In this document: one piece after another, positions 24,660-38,604 of the stretch
Layout: every line of letters begins with the position of its first letter
How positions within the stretch are numbered: position 1 is the stretch's first letter
From: Octopus vulgaris
Taxonomy: Eukaryota
Direction of reading: 5' to 3'
NCBI GenBank assembly: GCA_951406725.2
Contig: OX597827.1
Location: forward strand, 39,494,001-39,558,000
Length of the DNA: 64,000 nucleotides
Position numbers and translations under genes: made by a program
The notes under the pieces: model-generated
Databases searched by the model: none
What the model saw: only the letters and a program-made list of their open reading frames with translations
What the model was told of the DNA's origin: nothing

Positions 24660-25354
24660 CATCATCATCATTGTCCATGCTGGCATGGGTTGGGTGGTTT
24701 GCTCAAAGCTGGCAAGCTGGGGAGCAGCACCAGACTCTAGTCTGATTTGCCATGGTTTCTACAGCTGGATGTCCTTCCTAACACCAACCACTTTACAGAG
24801 TGTGCTGGGTGCTTTAATGTGGGTGCTTTTATGTGACACCACATGAACGCTTTTACATAGCACCACATGACTGCTTTTACACGACACTGCCATTAGTGCT
24901 TTACACCTCAAGTAGGATTGCTCCCAACACTTCCGCTGTGGGGTACAGGTCTTCTTGAGTATGGCCAGGTGCCAGGTGTCTTGGTCCTTTGTCATCTCTT
25001 CTGAGAGTTTCACCTTCTTGAAGTTGTTCTTCAGTACTTCATCCCATGTCCTCCTGGGTCTCTCACTTTCACATATTCCATCCATTTTGAGAGATCATCA
25101 GTTCTTTATAGAACTGTTGGCATCCATCCACATCACATGACCACACCAACACAGTCTCCTCTCTTGCACACAGCAACCAATTCCTCTTAGCCCTAACTTC
25201 TCTCTCAGAGTGCTGGCACTCTGTCGAACAAGTACACTTACATTACACAACCAGTGGAGCATACTAACCTCATTTCTTTCTAACCTCCGCATGTCCTCTG
25301 CATTCAGGGCTCATATCTCACTACCATGTAGAATTGCTGTTTGTATATGTGCAT

Positions 25355-25360
<6 letters not shown>
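24660..25360 (-). mobile_element. RTE-clade LINE 3' end
   Basis: AILHGSE...[17 protein letters not shown]...LREKLGLRGI...RRLCWCGHVM...RPRRTWDEV, then a 3' UTR ending in (GAT)n. Confidence 0.85.
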
Positions 25361-26575
<1,215 letters not shown>

Positions 26576-26589
26576 TCCCTTTACATATA

Positions 26590-27466
26590 TTGGATCATTC
26601 CATAAATAATGTGCTTTTTTCAATCACATGCACTAAAAGTTGGAGGGGGATGGGATAAACTATGTGCATCAACTTGCTATAAAAGCTGGTAGTAATTTTA
26701 CCTTGTCCTTATTCTTGAGGAGTGTAGTTCGATTTTAACAGTTATTTTTTCAAAGCTATAATGGAAGTGACAATGGAGCATGTTTGGCATATTTTGCTTT
26801 ATAAGTTCAATAAAGACAACAACATAATGAAAAGTGCAAGGAATATTAATGCAGTATATGGGGATCGGACAATAAGTGTAAGCTAGTGTAAATGTTGATC
26901 CCAGAAACTCCAAGCTGGAAATTACAGCCTAGAAGATGAGCCTTATCCTGGAAGATCTGTAGAGCTTAATGATGACGTCCTGCAAACCCTGGTGCAACAA
27001 AATCCCAGTGTAATTGTTGGGGAACTAGCAGAGAAGCTTTGATTTGGTCATTCAACCATTCATCAACACTAGCACTAGAAGAAAAATGACTATCTTTGGT
27101 TTGAAGATGAAAGGTTTTCTTCCATGAGGATAATGCTCAGCCACATATGGTGAGGATGACATTCCAAAGGCTGGAGCAGTTTGAATGAGAAATAATGCCC
27201 CACACACTATATTCGCTGGACATTGCCCCATCTGATTATCAATTATTCTGCAATTTTCAAAATCATTTGGACAGAAAAAATATGAATTCTGTATATGAGG
27301 TCAGAACAGTACTGGAGGAGTATTTTTCATCATGGGCATGTGAATTTTGGAAGAGGGGCCTTACAAGTCTACCAGATAATGGAAGAGCATTGTAGAAAAT
27401 TAAGGAGAGTATATTTAGATAAGAAAATAACTTTGTTTATCTTAATTTTGTTATGGGGTGATCCAA
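26590..27466 (+). mobile_element. Mariner transposon, internally deleted and decayed
   Basis: TIRs ttggatcattccataa and ttatggggtgatccaa, flanked by TA. From 26761: MEV..EHVWHILLYKF...INAVYG...SLEDEPYPGR. Later HEDNAQPH and YSLDIAPSDYQLF (YSPDLAPSD motif). Confidence 0.9.
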
Positions 27467-28000
27467 TATATATACACTCCCATTAGTACACAGCTGGTCA
27501 CATTCCAAACATATTGAAGGGACATCCAACACAATGCACACACACACACACACACACATACAGAGCTGGACATAAAACCCATTCAATAAATGCTTTTAAG
27601 CCACTCCCTTGGCAGGAACCCAGAGAGGTGGTTTTAGACAATAGACAACTACACCTGCTCTCTTTTTCTCTAATATCTTGAACTCTGTTACAAACTATAT
27701 TTAAAGAAGACTTCAACGAAAACCTCCAGACATGTTTTGACCACCATACAGAAGACAAACTGTTTATATTTCAAATTTTTATAAATTTTTATTAATATTT
27801 GATAAAGATAAAGTTCATCATCGAAACCAGTAATATTTTATTCTTTCTTTATATAATTTTTAAATCATTGTATTAAATTCTTTCTAAATTGAAATGTCTT
27901 AGATTTATTTCTATGTTGTTTCCACCTCATCTTTTATATATAAAAATTTGATTTGTATAGCCCTTTAATCTTTTTCAACTATATATATACATATACAGAC

Positions 28001-28047
<47 letters not shown>

Positions 28048-28299
28048 TTCATACATACATACATAAAAGGCATTTATGTCAGTGAAACATGAAAAGCATC
28101 CAATGCATTCAGTAAACTTATTGGCATTAGGACAGGCATCCAACTGTAGAAATCATGCCAAAACAGATGACAGGAGCCTGGTACAGCTCTCCAGCTCACC
28201 AGGTCAAGTCAAACTGTGTAACCCATGCCAGCTGGATGTTAAATGATGATGATGATAATATGTGCATCTGTGTTTGTATATATATATATATATATAAAT

Positions 28300-28492
28300 A
28301 ATAATAATATTAGAGAGTAAATCCAAACTTACAGGGAAAAATTAGATTTAGGATTAAATCTAATTTTACAGTATAAATATATATATTAAATTAGAGATAA
28401 AACTACTATTAGACAATATTTTGTCTAATGTTTTGGTTTATGTTTTTCACTGTTTGATTTGCCTAATAGTGGTTTTATCTCTAATTTAATAT
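28300..28492 (-). mobile_element. Miniature relative of the 12916-16950 element (tail plus short fold-back)
   Basis: 28305-28370 is the reverse complement of the tail at 16880-16950. attaaattagagataaaactactattagacaa is mirrored by ttgcctaatagtggttttatctctaatttaat. Confidence 0.7.
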
Positions 28493-28493
28493 G

Positions 28494-28562
<69 letters not shown>

Positions 28563-28919
28563 ATGAGTGTGTGTGCACACATGTGCATGTATGTAAGTAT
28601 ATATATATATATATATATATATTTCTGTATGCGTGTCTTTGTGTCTGTGTTTGTCCGCACCACCATTTATGAGCCTGTCCAGGTGTGTTTATGCCCCTGT
28701 AATTTGGTGCCAGCAAAAAGCCCAATAGAATTTTTCAAAAAATATAAAGAGTGGAGTTGATTTGTTGAACTAAAATTCTTCAAGGCGGCACCCCAGCATA
28801 GCCACAATCTAGTGACTGGAACAAGCAAAAGATAAAAGATAAAAGATATATATGCACACACACTAAGTCACTCTCAACATGCATACACACTCATATATAT
28901 ACGTATGTTTACATATACT

Positions 28920-28965
<46 letters not shown>

Positions 28966-29051
28966 TATATATAATAATAAGTAATTCATTGATTGCATTC
29001 AAGAAGACTAAGTCTCAAAAGATTCAATATGAGGAAGAATAAATAATAATT

Positions 29052-29082
<31 letters not shown>

Positions 29083-29168
29083 ATGTATATGTATATGTAT
29101 ATATATATGTATATATATATATATATATTATATATCTATCTATCTATTATATATATATATATATATAT

Positions 29169-29385
29169 AATTGAGGATGAACAGAAAAGTGGACAGTCAA
29201 CATGCTAGATATAGACGTCAAATCGTCATTCTCCACAAAAGACGTCTATATCTATGTTGACTGTCCACTTTTCGTGTTCATCCTCAATTGGTATATATAA
29301 ATATTTTAATCTTCGGATTCTTTTAATATGCTAGACCACTGGTTTTAATTGATAAATATTGATTTCTACCCTTAATTAATTTTAT
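29169..29385. repeat. Fold-back (about 50 bp arms, about 21 nt spacer) plus tail in (TA)n
   Basis: aattgaggatgaac...tatagacgtc (29169-29219) is mirrored at 29241-29290. The tail ends tacccttaattaatttt before (TA)n. Confidence 0.8.
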
Positions 29386-30068
29386 ATATATATATATGTT
29401 TGTATGAATGTATGTATGTATGTATGTATGTATGTATGTATGTATGTATGTATGTATGTATGCATGCATGCATGTATGTATGTATGTATGTATGTATGTA
29501 TGTATGTATGTATGTATATATGTGATATATATATATATATATATGTGAATATATATATATATATATATATATATAACTGTCAGGCATTCATATATATATA
29601 TAAATGCCTGACATCTGCACAGTTGTTTCAATGCTTAAGCATTTTCTCAAAGATGTAAAATAAAGAAATGACCACCTGTGTCTCTATGTTGTAAAAACTA
29701 GGAAAATGGAATCATTATGTTTTCTTCAAAAAACAAAACAAAAAATTAAAAATGAAAAAATAGCTACAAATCTACATCAGTTTGAAGAAAGAGTTGGTAG
29801 TATTTAGAAGAGAAGATTTGAGAAAGATATATGTCGGTGGTGGCAGATTTAGCTGCAGAAAATATTTTCTTACATAAACAATTTGTTTTTGTTTGCAGGA
29901 AAATATATGACAACTAATGAAGATGGTGTAACTGTTAAAAATTGGTGGAATTGGTTATTTTACAGAACTTGTTGAATTAACACTACAACTATAATTGAAC
30001 AGCAGAACAAGCAGATTTGCCAGAAGAACTGAGTTGGCAGAACTGTAGAAATTGGTTATGGAATTGAG

Positions 30069-30454
30069 ATGGAGGAGATACCTTATGAATATCTAACTAT
30101 CCAGAACAATTCCAGGATCCTTGAGGAACTAAACAGTGCCAAATCTATAGAACTGCTTCCAACCATTTTGGCAGTAATTTTGATGGCATCAGTTGGTGCA
30201 GTGGGAAACATACTTGTCTGGTATATCTATGCCATGAAACTGGAAAAGACGGCCACTAATTTCTTCATTGCGTCTCTCGGACTTGCAGATTTTTTTACAT
30301 GCAGCATTGGTATACCAATAGAGACCTTCATACTGTGCCATTCACTGGCCTTCTACAGTGATGTGGCATGCAAAGTGATGCGGTACATTACAGGGGTAAC
30401 CATAACGACTGCTGCTGTTATTGTCCTTCTCATTGCTGTTGATCGGTATTTCAG
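30069..30454 (+). CDS. Class A (rhodopsin-like) GPCR, coding exon 1 (N-terminus to TM3), peptide-receptor-like
   Basis: N-glycosylation sequon NNS, TM1 GAVGN, TM2 SLGLADFF, TM3 cysteine (VACK) and DRY. The exon ends TTC AG|GTAAAT with a phase-2 donor at 30455. An upstream acceptor tttgtttgcag ends at 29898. Confidence 0.92.
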
Positions 30455-31039
30455 GTAAATCAATGTGTTTCTATGTTTTTTTATTGTTATTGGTGTTTGT
30501 ACAAAGTTTAATTTGGGGAAGAAATAGAATTAGTATTTAACCCCAACTCTGACCTTATTTTCTAACCAAAACTCTATATGTAACACCAGTGGAGTAAAAG
30601 ATGAATTATTTATGAATATGTTTACCACCATGGCTGGTTACTGGAACTTATCAGTGATGCCATGTATTTCCAGTCACACTGTATACTGTTTAATTACGAG
30701 GAAATGTAATATTCTTTGCATTTTTGCAATATTTCATAATTAAACTTTAATATTTAGCACCCATGTTATTTAAATATCCTCAAAACCATGTCAAAGATAC
30801 GAAATAAAATATTTTCTCAAATTATGAAAATGTACCATCAGTGGTGCATTTGGTGGTTTTGTGAAGTTTGCAATGAACCACCTGAGCTACATGTGGCTGT
30901 TAATGTGTTAATTAGTATTTCAGTATTTAGTTCTGTCCTTTTATTTTCTGAAATCAGATCTTACAAAAATTACCTTTGTTTTTCACCTTTGGCAATATAT
31001 TCAATTGCACTGTGTCTTGTGTATACTTGGTATTTATTG

Positions 31040-31381
31040 TAGTGGTTATGGCTCAGTGGTTAGAGCGTCGAGCTTACGATCGTGAGGTTGTGAGCTCGAA
31101 TCCCGGACCGGGCTGCGTGTTGTGTTCTCGAGCAAGGCACTTTATTTCACATTGCTCCAGTTCACTCAGCTGTAGAAATGAGTTGCGACGTCACAGGTGC
31201 CAAGCTGTATCGACCTTTGTCTTTCCCTTGGATAACACTGGTGGCGTGGAGAGGGGAGGCTGGTATGCATGGGCGACTGCTGGCCTTCCATAAACAACCT
31301 TGCCCGGACTTGTGTCTAGGAGGGTAACTTTCTAGGTGCAATCCCATGGTCATTCATGACCGAAGGGGGTCTTTACCCTTT
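31040..31381 (+). mobile_element. tRNA-derived SINE family C in the GPCR intron
   Basis: A box tggctcagtggttagagc, B box gagctcgaatccc, CpG-rich (young), tail ctttaccctt. Confidence 0.85.
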
Positions 31382-31565
31382 AATATTAAACGATTGTGTT
31401 CTCCTGTTCTGTTTAGTCCATGGATCAAAGAGTCATTGAATAATAAATGTGTGAAGAACAAATATATAGTATGTGATTTATTTGAAAGGAAAAAAAACTG
31501 TTTTAAAAAATGACCATTCTGAAATATAACGATTATTTTTCTATTTTTCTCCTTTGTATTTACAG

Positions 31566-32283
31566 AGTCTGTCGTCCACGTACCTGGCAGTTTACAAGAC
31601 GCTCAGCAGTACACACAGTTGGAGTAGTATTCGCTATTGTCGTCACTGGCACAAGTCCTGGAGTGTTTATATTTGGCTGCCACAAAGTTTCAACATCTGT
31701 GGACCTTGTTGGTTACGAGTGCTTTATTTCTGAGGAATATATCTCCACCATTTTTCCTACAGTCTACTTTGTGTCAATATCAGTAATTTATTTTGCTGCT
31801 GCCATTACCCTTTCATCTATTTACTTCATGGTTGGCTTGAGAGTCCGACGGCACGAGAGGACGTGGCGGTTAAGAGAGAGTCGATCATCACGGCATGATA
31901 TCAACCACTCTGCAATGCTGTCCTGTGACAGGAGAGCACGGAACTTGCTTGCTCCACAGACTGTAAGGCGGTCGAGCATACATTTGTTTCGGACAACACT
32001 TGTTCTGCTGATGATAACCATCATATGGATCATTAGTTACTGGCCAAACCTAATCTTGGTTAACTATGCCATCTCTAAACCAGACATTAAAGCTAACATG
32101 GGTGTGCCGGGTCTCAACAGTTATAATATGGCAGTGAGGAGTTATTTTATCAACAATGCCATTAATCCATTCATTTATGGTTTCTTCAACAGGGGATTTA
32201 GAAGTCAAGTCCTGAAAATCTGGAAAGGTATCTCTAAGTGCTTTCATAAAACTCCAGTACCCTTTTCTGTTGGTTGGCAGTGA
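31566..32283 (+). CDS. Class A GPCR, coding exon 2 (ICL2 to C-terminus); spliced product 367 aa
   Basis: A polypyrimidine acceptor ...tttacag ends at 31565. AG+A restores Arg, giving DRYFRVCRP. ECL2 Cys (YECF), TM6 IWIISYWP, TM7 NNAINPFIY, helix 8 FRSQV, stop TGA at 32281-32283. Exon lengths 386+718 nt = 1104 nt, in frame. Confidence 0.92.
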
Positions 32284-32841
32284 ATTGACAATGATTTAGC
32301 AGTGAATTGGCACTAAATTGGAAATTAATTCCCAGTGAATTGATTATATGTAGGTGGAAAATTGTCAGCAGCAAATTGGTAAAGAATTCTCAGGGAGTGA
32401 CAGTCATCTGGTAGTGAATTCAGAATTTTTGGTGGTACAAATTCTTCATGAAATGATAAGGAAAAGCAGAGATTTAGCAGTGAACCATTAGGTGGTTGTG
32501 AATTTGTAACAAGATGTTTACAGAACTGACATTATAGTAACAGTGCAGAGTGGTGAAATGTTTTTGGGGTGAAAAAATAAATTGCTTGAAGTGGAAAAGT
32601 CTGTGTACAGTAAAATAATTTAGAGTGAAAAATGCAACAATGAGTAGCTGAATTTTAAGAATGATTTGAATATATCAAGTCAAATTTAGCAGCCTAAAAT
32701 CGACGAGAAGGTTTTTTAAAAATAATTTGAAGGTGTAGAAGAAAGAACTGTCACTGCTAGATCTGCTGCTTTAAAATGATGTTATGTTCAGTAACTTTTA
32801 GTAAATCTTCAATATATTATGGTAATACATGTACACACGCA

Positions 32842-32888
<47 letters not shown>

Positions 32889-33045
32889 TACATTTATGCA
32901 TATGTATCTGGCAATGGCAATGATGATACATATATGTATGTAAAAATGTGTATACACACACACACACACACACACACACATGTGTAAGTTGTCTAAAAGT
33001 CCCTATGTGAGGAAAAAGATGCACTTGTATATCTGTCAACAGATT

Positions 33046-33460
33046 GGATATATTACCTGAAGTGTACAGTACTATATATCCATCATGGCTGATCTTACCA
33101 ATCGGTTTCGTGCTCAGGGTACAACAGACTGTTAGGTAACAATCTGATTATATAACCCTTCGCTCATCAGAGGTAGCTAATTTGGAATGAAATATGGTGA
33201 CTGCTCTCTATTGTTGGAGGTGAAAGCATTTTTTCTGGTCACCAGTGAGATCATAACATTTTTTCTGGCCTCGCCCTTTAACCTCCAACATAAGAGAGCA
33301 GTAGCCTTATTTCTTTCCATATCAGTTACCTCTGATGAGTATAGGATTATATAATCGGATTGTTACCTAACACTCCATTGTACCTCTAGCACGAAACCAA
33401 TGGGTAAAATCAGCTGTGATGAATATATAATACTGTACTGTACACTTCAGATAATATACA
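33046..33460. mobile_element. ~410 bp fold-back element with a long-stem-II hammerhead-like motif in each arm
   Basis: Arms 33046-33225 and 33280-33460 are reverse complements. Plus arm: CTGATGA 33332-33338, GAAAC 33393-33397, then caatggGTA. Mirror motifs lie at 33164-33170 and 33105-33109. Confidence 0.7.
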
Positions 33461-33484
33461 TTCATACATACATACATATATACA

Positions 33485-33571
<87 letters not shown>

Positions 33572-34499
33572 TCATTTTACCATGCTTGCATGGATAGAAG
33601 AGTTTATTTAAAGAAACAATTGTTTTTAATGATGGATATCCTTCCAACTAATGATGACTGTTGGGTGGTGAAACAAAAATACATTTCATACAATCAAACA
33701 AACTGAAGGAAGAACAGTTAAATGCCTTCTAACTGGAATTATGAGAACGACACTTATACATCATAAGTGGATTTTTAAAGCTTTGCAAAGTAATCAATCT
33801 ATGACATCATTTCTTGAAATTATAGTAACCTTTGTATGAGGTGTACTGTATGAAGTAGTGGTGTGGCTAATGTCCCTGTAACTGTACACATACAGGTACA
33901 CACATATGCACACATTCATATGCATACATGTACAAACACATATACATACGTTATGCACGTGTGTATGTGTGTTTGTGTGTATATAAATATATATGTGTGT
34001 GTGTGTGTGTATATATTTATATTTATATAAATGCATATATATGTGTATGTGTGTATACATACACACACACATATATTATGAAAAGATTCTACAAATTTCC
34101 ATGACAATCATGTATATAAAAGTAGCAATAAGATCCATTCCATGAAGATATTTATATATAATCAATAGGGTTTAGAATGTTTTTCTCCCATCGAAACTAT
34201 TTCAGTTGTGTTATATTTAGCATTGTTTGTTCTTACATGGATACACGATGGACACATAAATATAACACACATTGCGGATATATTTTATATTTTAGACAAG
34301 CACAGTACAATTCAGCCAAAATTCCTGTGAGTGGTATTGTACAGCAAATAAATGACTAAATTCCATATATAAAAACACAGTTCAATAGTTCTTGTTCGTT
34401 GGAGTGTTTAAGTCTTCTTTGTTTAAGACTATACACTGTCTACAATACTGCTTGTTGGTCTTTAATATACACAGATATGGCATATCAGGAGGTACATAT

Positions 34500-34930
34500 T
34501 GGTAGTAAATTTTGGCATAAGGCCAGCAATTTTGGGGGAGGGGGTAAGTTAATTATATCAACCCCAGTGTTCAACTGGTACTTATTTCATTGACCCCAAA
34601 AGGATGTAAAGCAAAGTTGACATTGGCAGAATTTGAACTCAGAATGTAAAGAGGAATGAAATACACTAAACATTTTGCCTGGCACAGTAATGATTCTGAC
34701 AATAATTGAAGGTGGCAAGCTGGCAGAAACGTTAGCATGCCGGGCGAAATGCTTAGTGGTATTTCGTCTGTCTTTATGTTCTGAGTTCAAGTTCCACCGA
34801 GGTCGACTTTGCCTTTCATCCTTTTGGGGTTGATAAATTAATTACCAGTTATGCACTGGGGTCGATGTAATCGACTTAATCTCCTTGTTTGTCCCCTCTA
34901 TGTTTAGCCCCATGTGGGCAATAAAAATAT
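34500..34930. mobile_element. Head-to-head pair of SINE family B copies
   Basis: Minus copy 34500-34700 and plus copy 34709-34930. Both share gagttcaaattcc...gactttgcctttcatcc...gggtcgataaa...agtaccag, which resembles the Meta-SINE central domain. Another minus copy is at 45-250. Confidence 0.8.
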
Positions 34931-35249
34931 AAGTAATGATTCTGACAGCTATATTTTGGTGGATTTCATTGCTCCAGATATGTCATACTTGTTTCATTTA
35001 ATCAGTGGACTACATACATGTAGGCTTGAGCAGAGGAGTGACATCGATGTATAACAGTTGGCATGGATCTATGATTATTCAAGAAACCTTTTCCCATCTG
35101 CTGAATACAGAGGACCATTTAATAAAGAATTGTTTCTTTTATAAATCGTTCTATTCTTTTTTTAAATTCTATTCTGTTACTTGTGAGTACCTTATTTACA
35201 CTGTATGCACATGTATATATCATAAATCATATGCATTTAGCACCAATAA

Positions 35250-35562
35250 TTAAGATCCTTGAATGTTTTTAAATATAGGTCAACATTGAGTGCTTTCTTA
35301 ATGGCAGGTTTAATATGTAGTAATCCAGTTGTGATGTGTCACATTGGACTTGTCCTTAATGATGTGCTACATCCCACATCCAAAAGTTGCATAAATTCAG
35401 GTGCAGGAGTGGCTGTGTGGTAAGTAGCTTGCTAACCAACCACATGGTTCCAGGTTCAGTCCCACTGCGTGGCATCTTGGGCAAGTGTCTTCTGCTATAA
35501 CCCCAGGCCGACCAATGCCTTGTGAGTGGATTTGGTAGACGGAAACTGAAAGAAGCCTGTCG

Positions 35563-35593
<31 letters not shown>

Positions 35594-36200
35594 ATGTGTG
35601 TGTTTGTGTGTCTGTGTTTGTCCCCCTAGCATTGCTTGACAACCGATGCTGGTGTGTTTATGTCCCCGTCACTTAGCGGTTCGGCAAAAGAGACCGATAG
35701 GATAAGTACTGGGCTTACAAAGAATAAGTCCCGGGGTCAAATTGCTCGACTAAAGGCGGTGCTCCAGCATGGCCGCAGTCAAATGACTGATACAAGTAAA
35801 AGAGTAAATTCAGATCTGGTGGGCAAGGACACTAGACTTCCTTGGGTACAAACAATGGAATGTTGAACTTAGAAAATCTCACACACTCTTTGAAACCATG
35901 TGCTGGTGCAAAAGCTTGGATAAGCATAAGTCATCCATAGAGTCAGACCTTTATCAAAGATGTCCAAATACTCAGCTATGTTAATATTAAAACTCACTTT
36001 GCTGAAATGAGGTAGCATCTCACATCTATTACTTTCAACGGCTCCAAATGTCATCAAGGCTGCACAACAGCAGAAATTTTGGAAGGCTTGGTTTCAATAA
36101 CCCTGCAGTTCTGATGAGTCATGTCGCTGAACATTGGAAAACTTCTTCTTTTCTGCTTCTCCCTTGGCTATGTATACCTGTCTCCCAGGCTCCCTTCTGG
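35250..36200 (-). mobile_element. Tc1/mariner-superfamily transposase remnant split by a SINE
   Basis: MTFGAVES...MLPHF...NINIAEYLDI...LWM and PPDLN|LCNFWMW on either side of the SINE. Boundaries are approximate. Confidence 0.65.
35398..35806 (+). mobile_element. SINE family A, full length
   Basis: Full head to tail, with a 9 bp TSD taaattcag (35392-35400 and 35805-35813). Confidence 0.9.
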
Positions 36201-36944
36201 CTGTATATATATATGTGTACATAGATATAACACAAACATACATAAATATACATCAAACCACAGATGGAACAGCCGCTACATCAGGAGAAAGATGTAGAGC
36301 AAAGTGAAATGGGACTAATTGATAATATGTCATTGCCTCTTGAATACTAATAATGAATATTGAAGTAATTAAAGCAGCCTGAGTATTTCTTTTAATTATT
36401 CTATTATAGTCATGTAGGCCAATATTATGGAATGTTGGATGAAGTTAACATTCCTGACATCACCATCATCATCACCATCATTATTATTATAAATAAGGCA
36501 GTGAGTAGAATTGTTAGCACGCTGGGCAAGATGCTTAGCAGCATTTTGTCCGTCTTTACATTTTAAGTTCAAATTCTGCCAAGGTTGACTTTACCTTTCA
36601 TCCTTTCAGGGTCGATAAATTAAGTACCAGTCAAGTACTTGGGTTGATGTGATCGACTATTCCTATCCCCAGAAATCCCAGGCCTTGTGTCTATAGTAGA
36701 AAGGATTCTTATTATTATTATGATTGTTGTTGTTGTTGTTGGTGATGATGTTATTGTTAGTTTGCTGGTCAAAATGCTTAGTGGCATTTCATCAGTCTTT
36801 ATGTTCAGAGTTCAAATTCCATCTAAGTTGACTTTGCCTTTCATCCTTCTGGGGTTGATAAAAAGTACCGATCAAGTACTGGGGTTGATGTAATCGACTT
36901 TTCCCTCCCTTCAAAACTGCTGGTCCTGCACCAAAATCTAAAAC

Positions 36945-36990
<46 letters not shown>

Positions 36991-37221
36991 AAGTGGTGAG
37001 CTGGCAGAATCATTAGCACACCGAGCAAAATGCTTAGCAGTATTTCATCTGTCTTTATGTACTAAGTTCAAATTCCACTGAGGTCAACTTTGCCTTTCAT
37101 CCATTTGGGGTCGATTAAATAAGTACCAGTTATGTACTGGGGTCGATATAATCGACTTAATCCCTTCCCCCAAATATGAGGTCTTGTGCTTCCAGTTGAA
37201 AGGATTATTATTATTATTATT

Positions 37222-37590
37222 TATTGTCTTTGCACACCTTCTAATACTGGAGATGTACTAGAGTGCCAGCTGTTCACTACCAGTGAACCAAGGTAACACC
37301 TCTTATATTTTGAGCACCGCCCAGATTATTCAAGCAGTTCCAAGCAGTGCTGTTTTCTGCAAGTGCTCCACCTTTATTGCAGCCCCTATTTGTTCCATGT
37401 ACTTCTCAAGATTTTACTCACTGTTCCCAGAGCTCCGACAATTATTGGTACTACTACCACAACTGCTTAACCTCCCATGCTAACCTGTCATATCTATTGA
37501 CTTTTCTTTCTTCCTTATTGCATACTTTGTTGTCAGCTGGGCACGCTATATCTATGATCCGGCACTGTTTGCTTTCTTTCTCAACACTAT
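37222..37590 (-). mobile_element. R4/Dong-type LINE 3' fragment (third subfamily)
   Basis: Minus-strand frames give IIDIACPADNKV...VVPIIVGALGTV...LQKTALLGTA. Flanked by (ATT)n. Confidence 0.8.
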
Positions 37591-37591
37591 A

Positions 37592-37629
<38 letters not shown>

Positions 37630-38178
37630 TTATGATTGACTTTTGCTTTACATTTGTACAAGTTGGCTCCAAGTCTCACCCAGAGACCTCAAGAGACAAC
37701 AAGTTGGAAGTTCATGTTGATGTTATGCCTAGGGTGTCATATATTTAGTTTTGTACATGGTATTGTTCTAGAGAATGTTTAAGAAACCATAAGAAAATTA
37801 TGTTTGTTTTAAAACTTGAGATTACATAGAAAGTATTTTGTGTAGGATATGAGCAGTTCCCATGAGCACTATCTTTTGAATTTCTGCCATTTTGGGGTTT
37901 CCTGGTGTCTGAGCTAGGTAGCAATCAGACCCTTTTGATATCATTCCCAGGGAACCTATGACAACAGGCATTGTTTTAGTCTTCAGGTTCCATATTTTTC
38001 TAATTTCTATTTCAAGATCTTTATATTTGCTCAGTTTTTGGTAGGTCTTGACAGATATGTTAATATCGATTGGGACAGTCATATCAACGAGGAGGCATGA
38101 TTTTTGTCTGAAGTCTTTCAATATGATGTCTGGCCTATTCGCATCTATCTTTCTGTCAGTTTGAATGGTGAAGTTCCA
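37630..38178 (-). mobile_element. R4/Dong-type LINE 3' fragment (second subfamily)
   Basis: TDRKIDANRPDIILKD...LLVDMTVP...KYKDLEIEI...PVVIGSLG...QKIVLMGTAHIL. Flanked by (ATT)n on the plus strand. Confidence 0.85.
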
Positions 38179-38218
<40 letters not shown>

Positions 38219-38604
38219 GTTATTAAGGTGGCGAGCTGGTAAAATCATTAGCCCATCAGACAAAATACTTAGCAACATTTCTCCTGGCTCTTTAATCGAC
38301 TTGGCCTCTCTATTCAAAATTGCTAGCCTCAAGCCAAAATTAAAATGAATTATTACAATCATTGTTACTATAAAGAGCTGTGGATTATTAGAATCCTGAG
38401 AGTATTGGGGAAAATACTTTGTGGCATTTGTCTTCATGCTTTACATTCTCAGTTCAGCTCCCACTAAGATCAACTTTGCTTTTCATCCTGTCAAGTACTG
38501 AGATTCATGGTATTGACTAAACATGCTGGCCTTGTGCCTAAATTGGAAATAATTATTAGTATGAAAGAAGGTGATGAGCTGGCAGAATCATTCAGCACAC
38601 CAGT

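Noticed and set aside
27790-27840. Degenerate ttgataaag...gaaaccagta hammerhead-like string
   Set aside because: The first box is too diverged to support a call without a family consensus.
31040-31115. tRNA-like sequence with A and B boxes
   Set aside because: It is a SINE head continuing into a repeat body and tail, with no complete acceptor stem.
29899-32283. GPCR nested in an intron of the SH3 gene
   Set aside because: The SH3 exon carries a stop codon and appears terminal, so the two genes are convergent rather than nested on present evidence.
36112-36150. CTGATGA...GAAA motif
   Set aside because: No convincing stems, and it lies within a transposase remnant, so it is probably chance.
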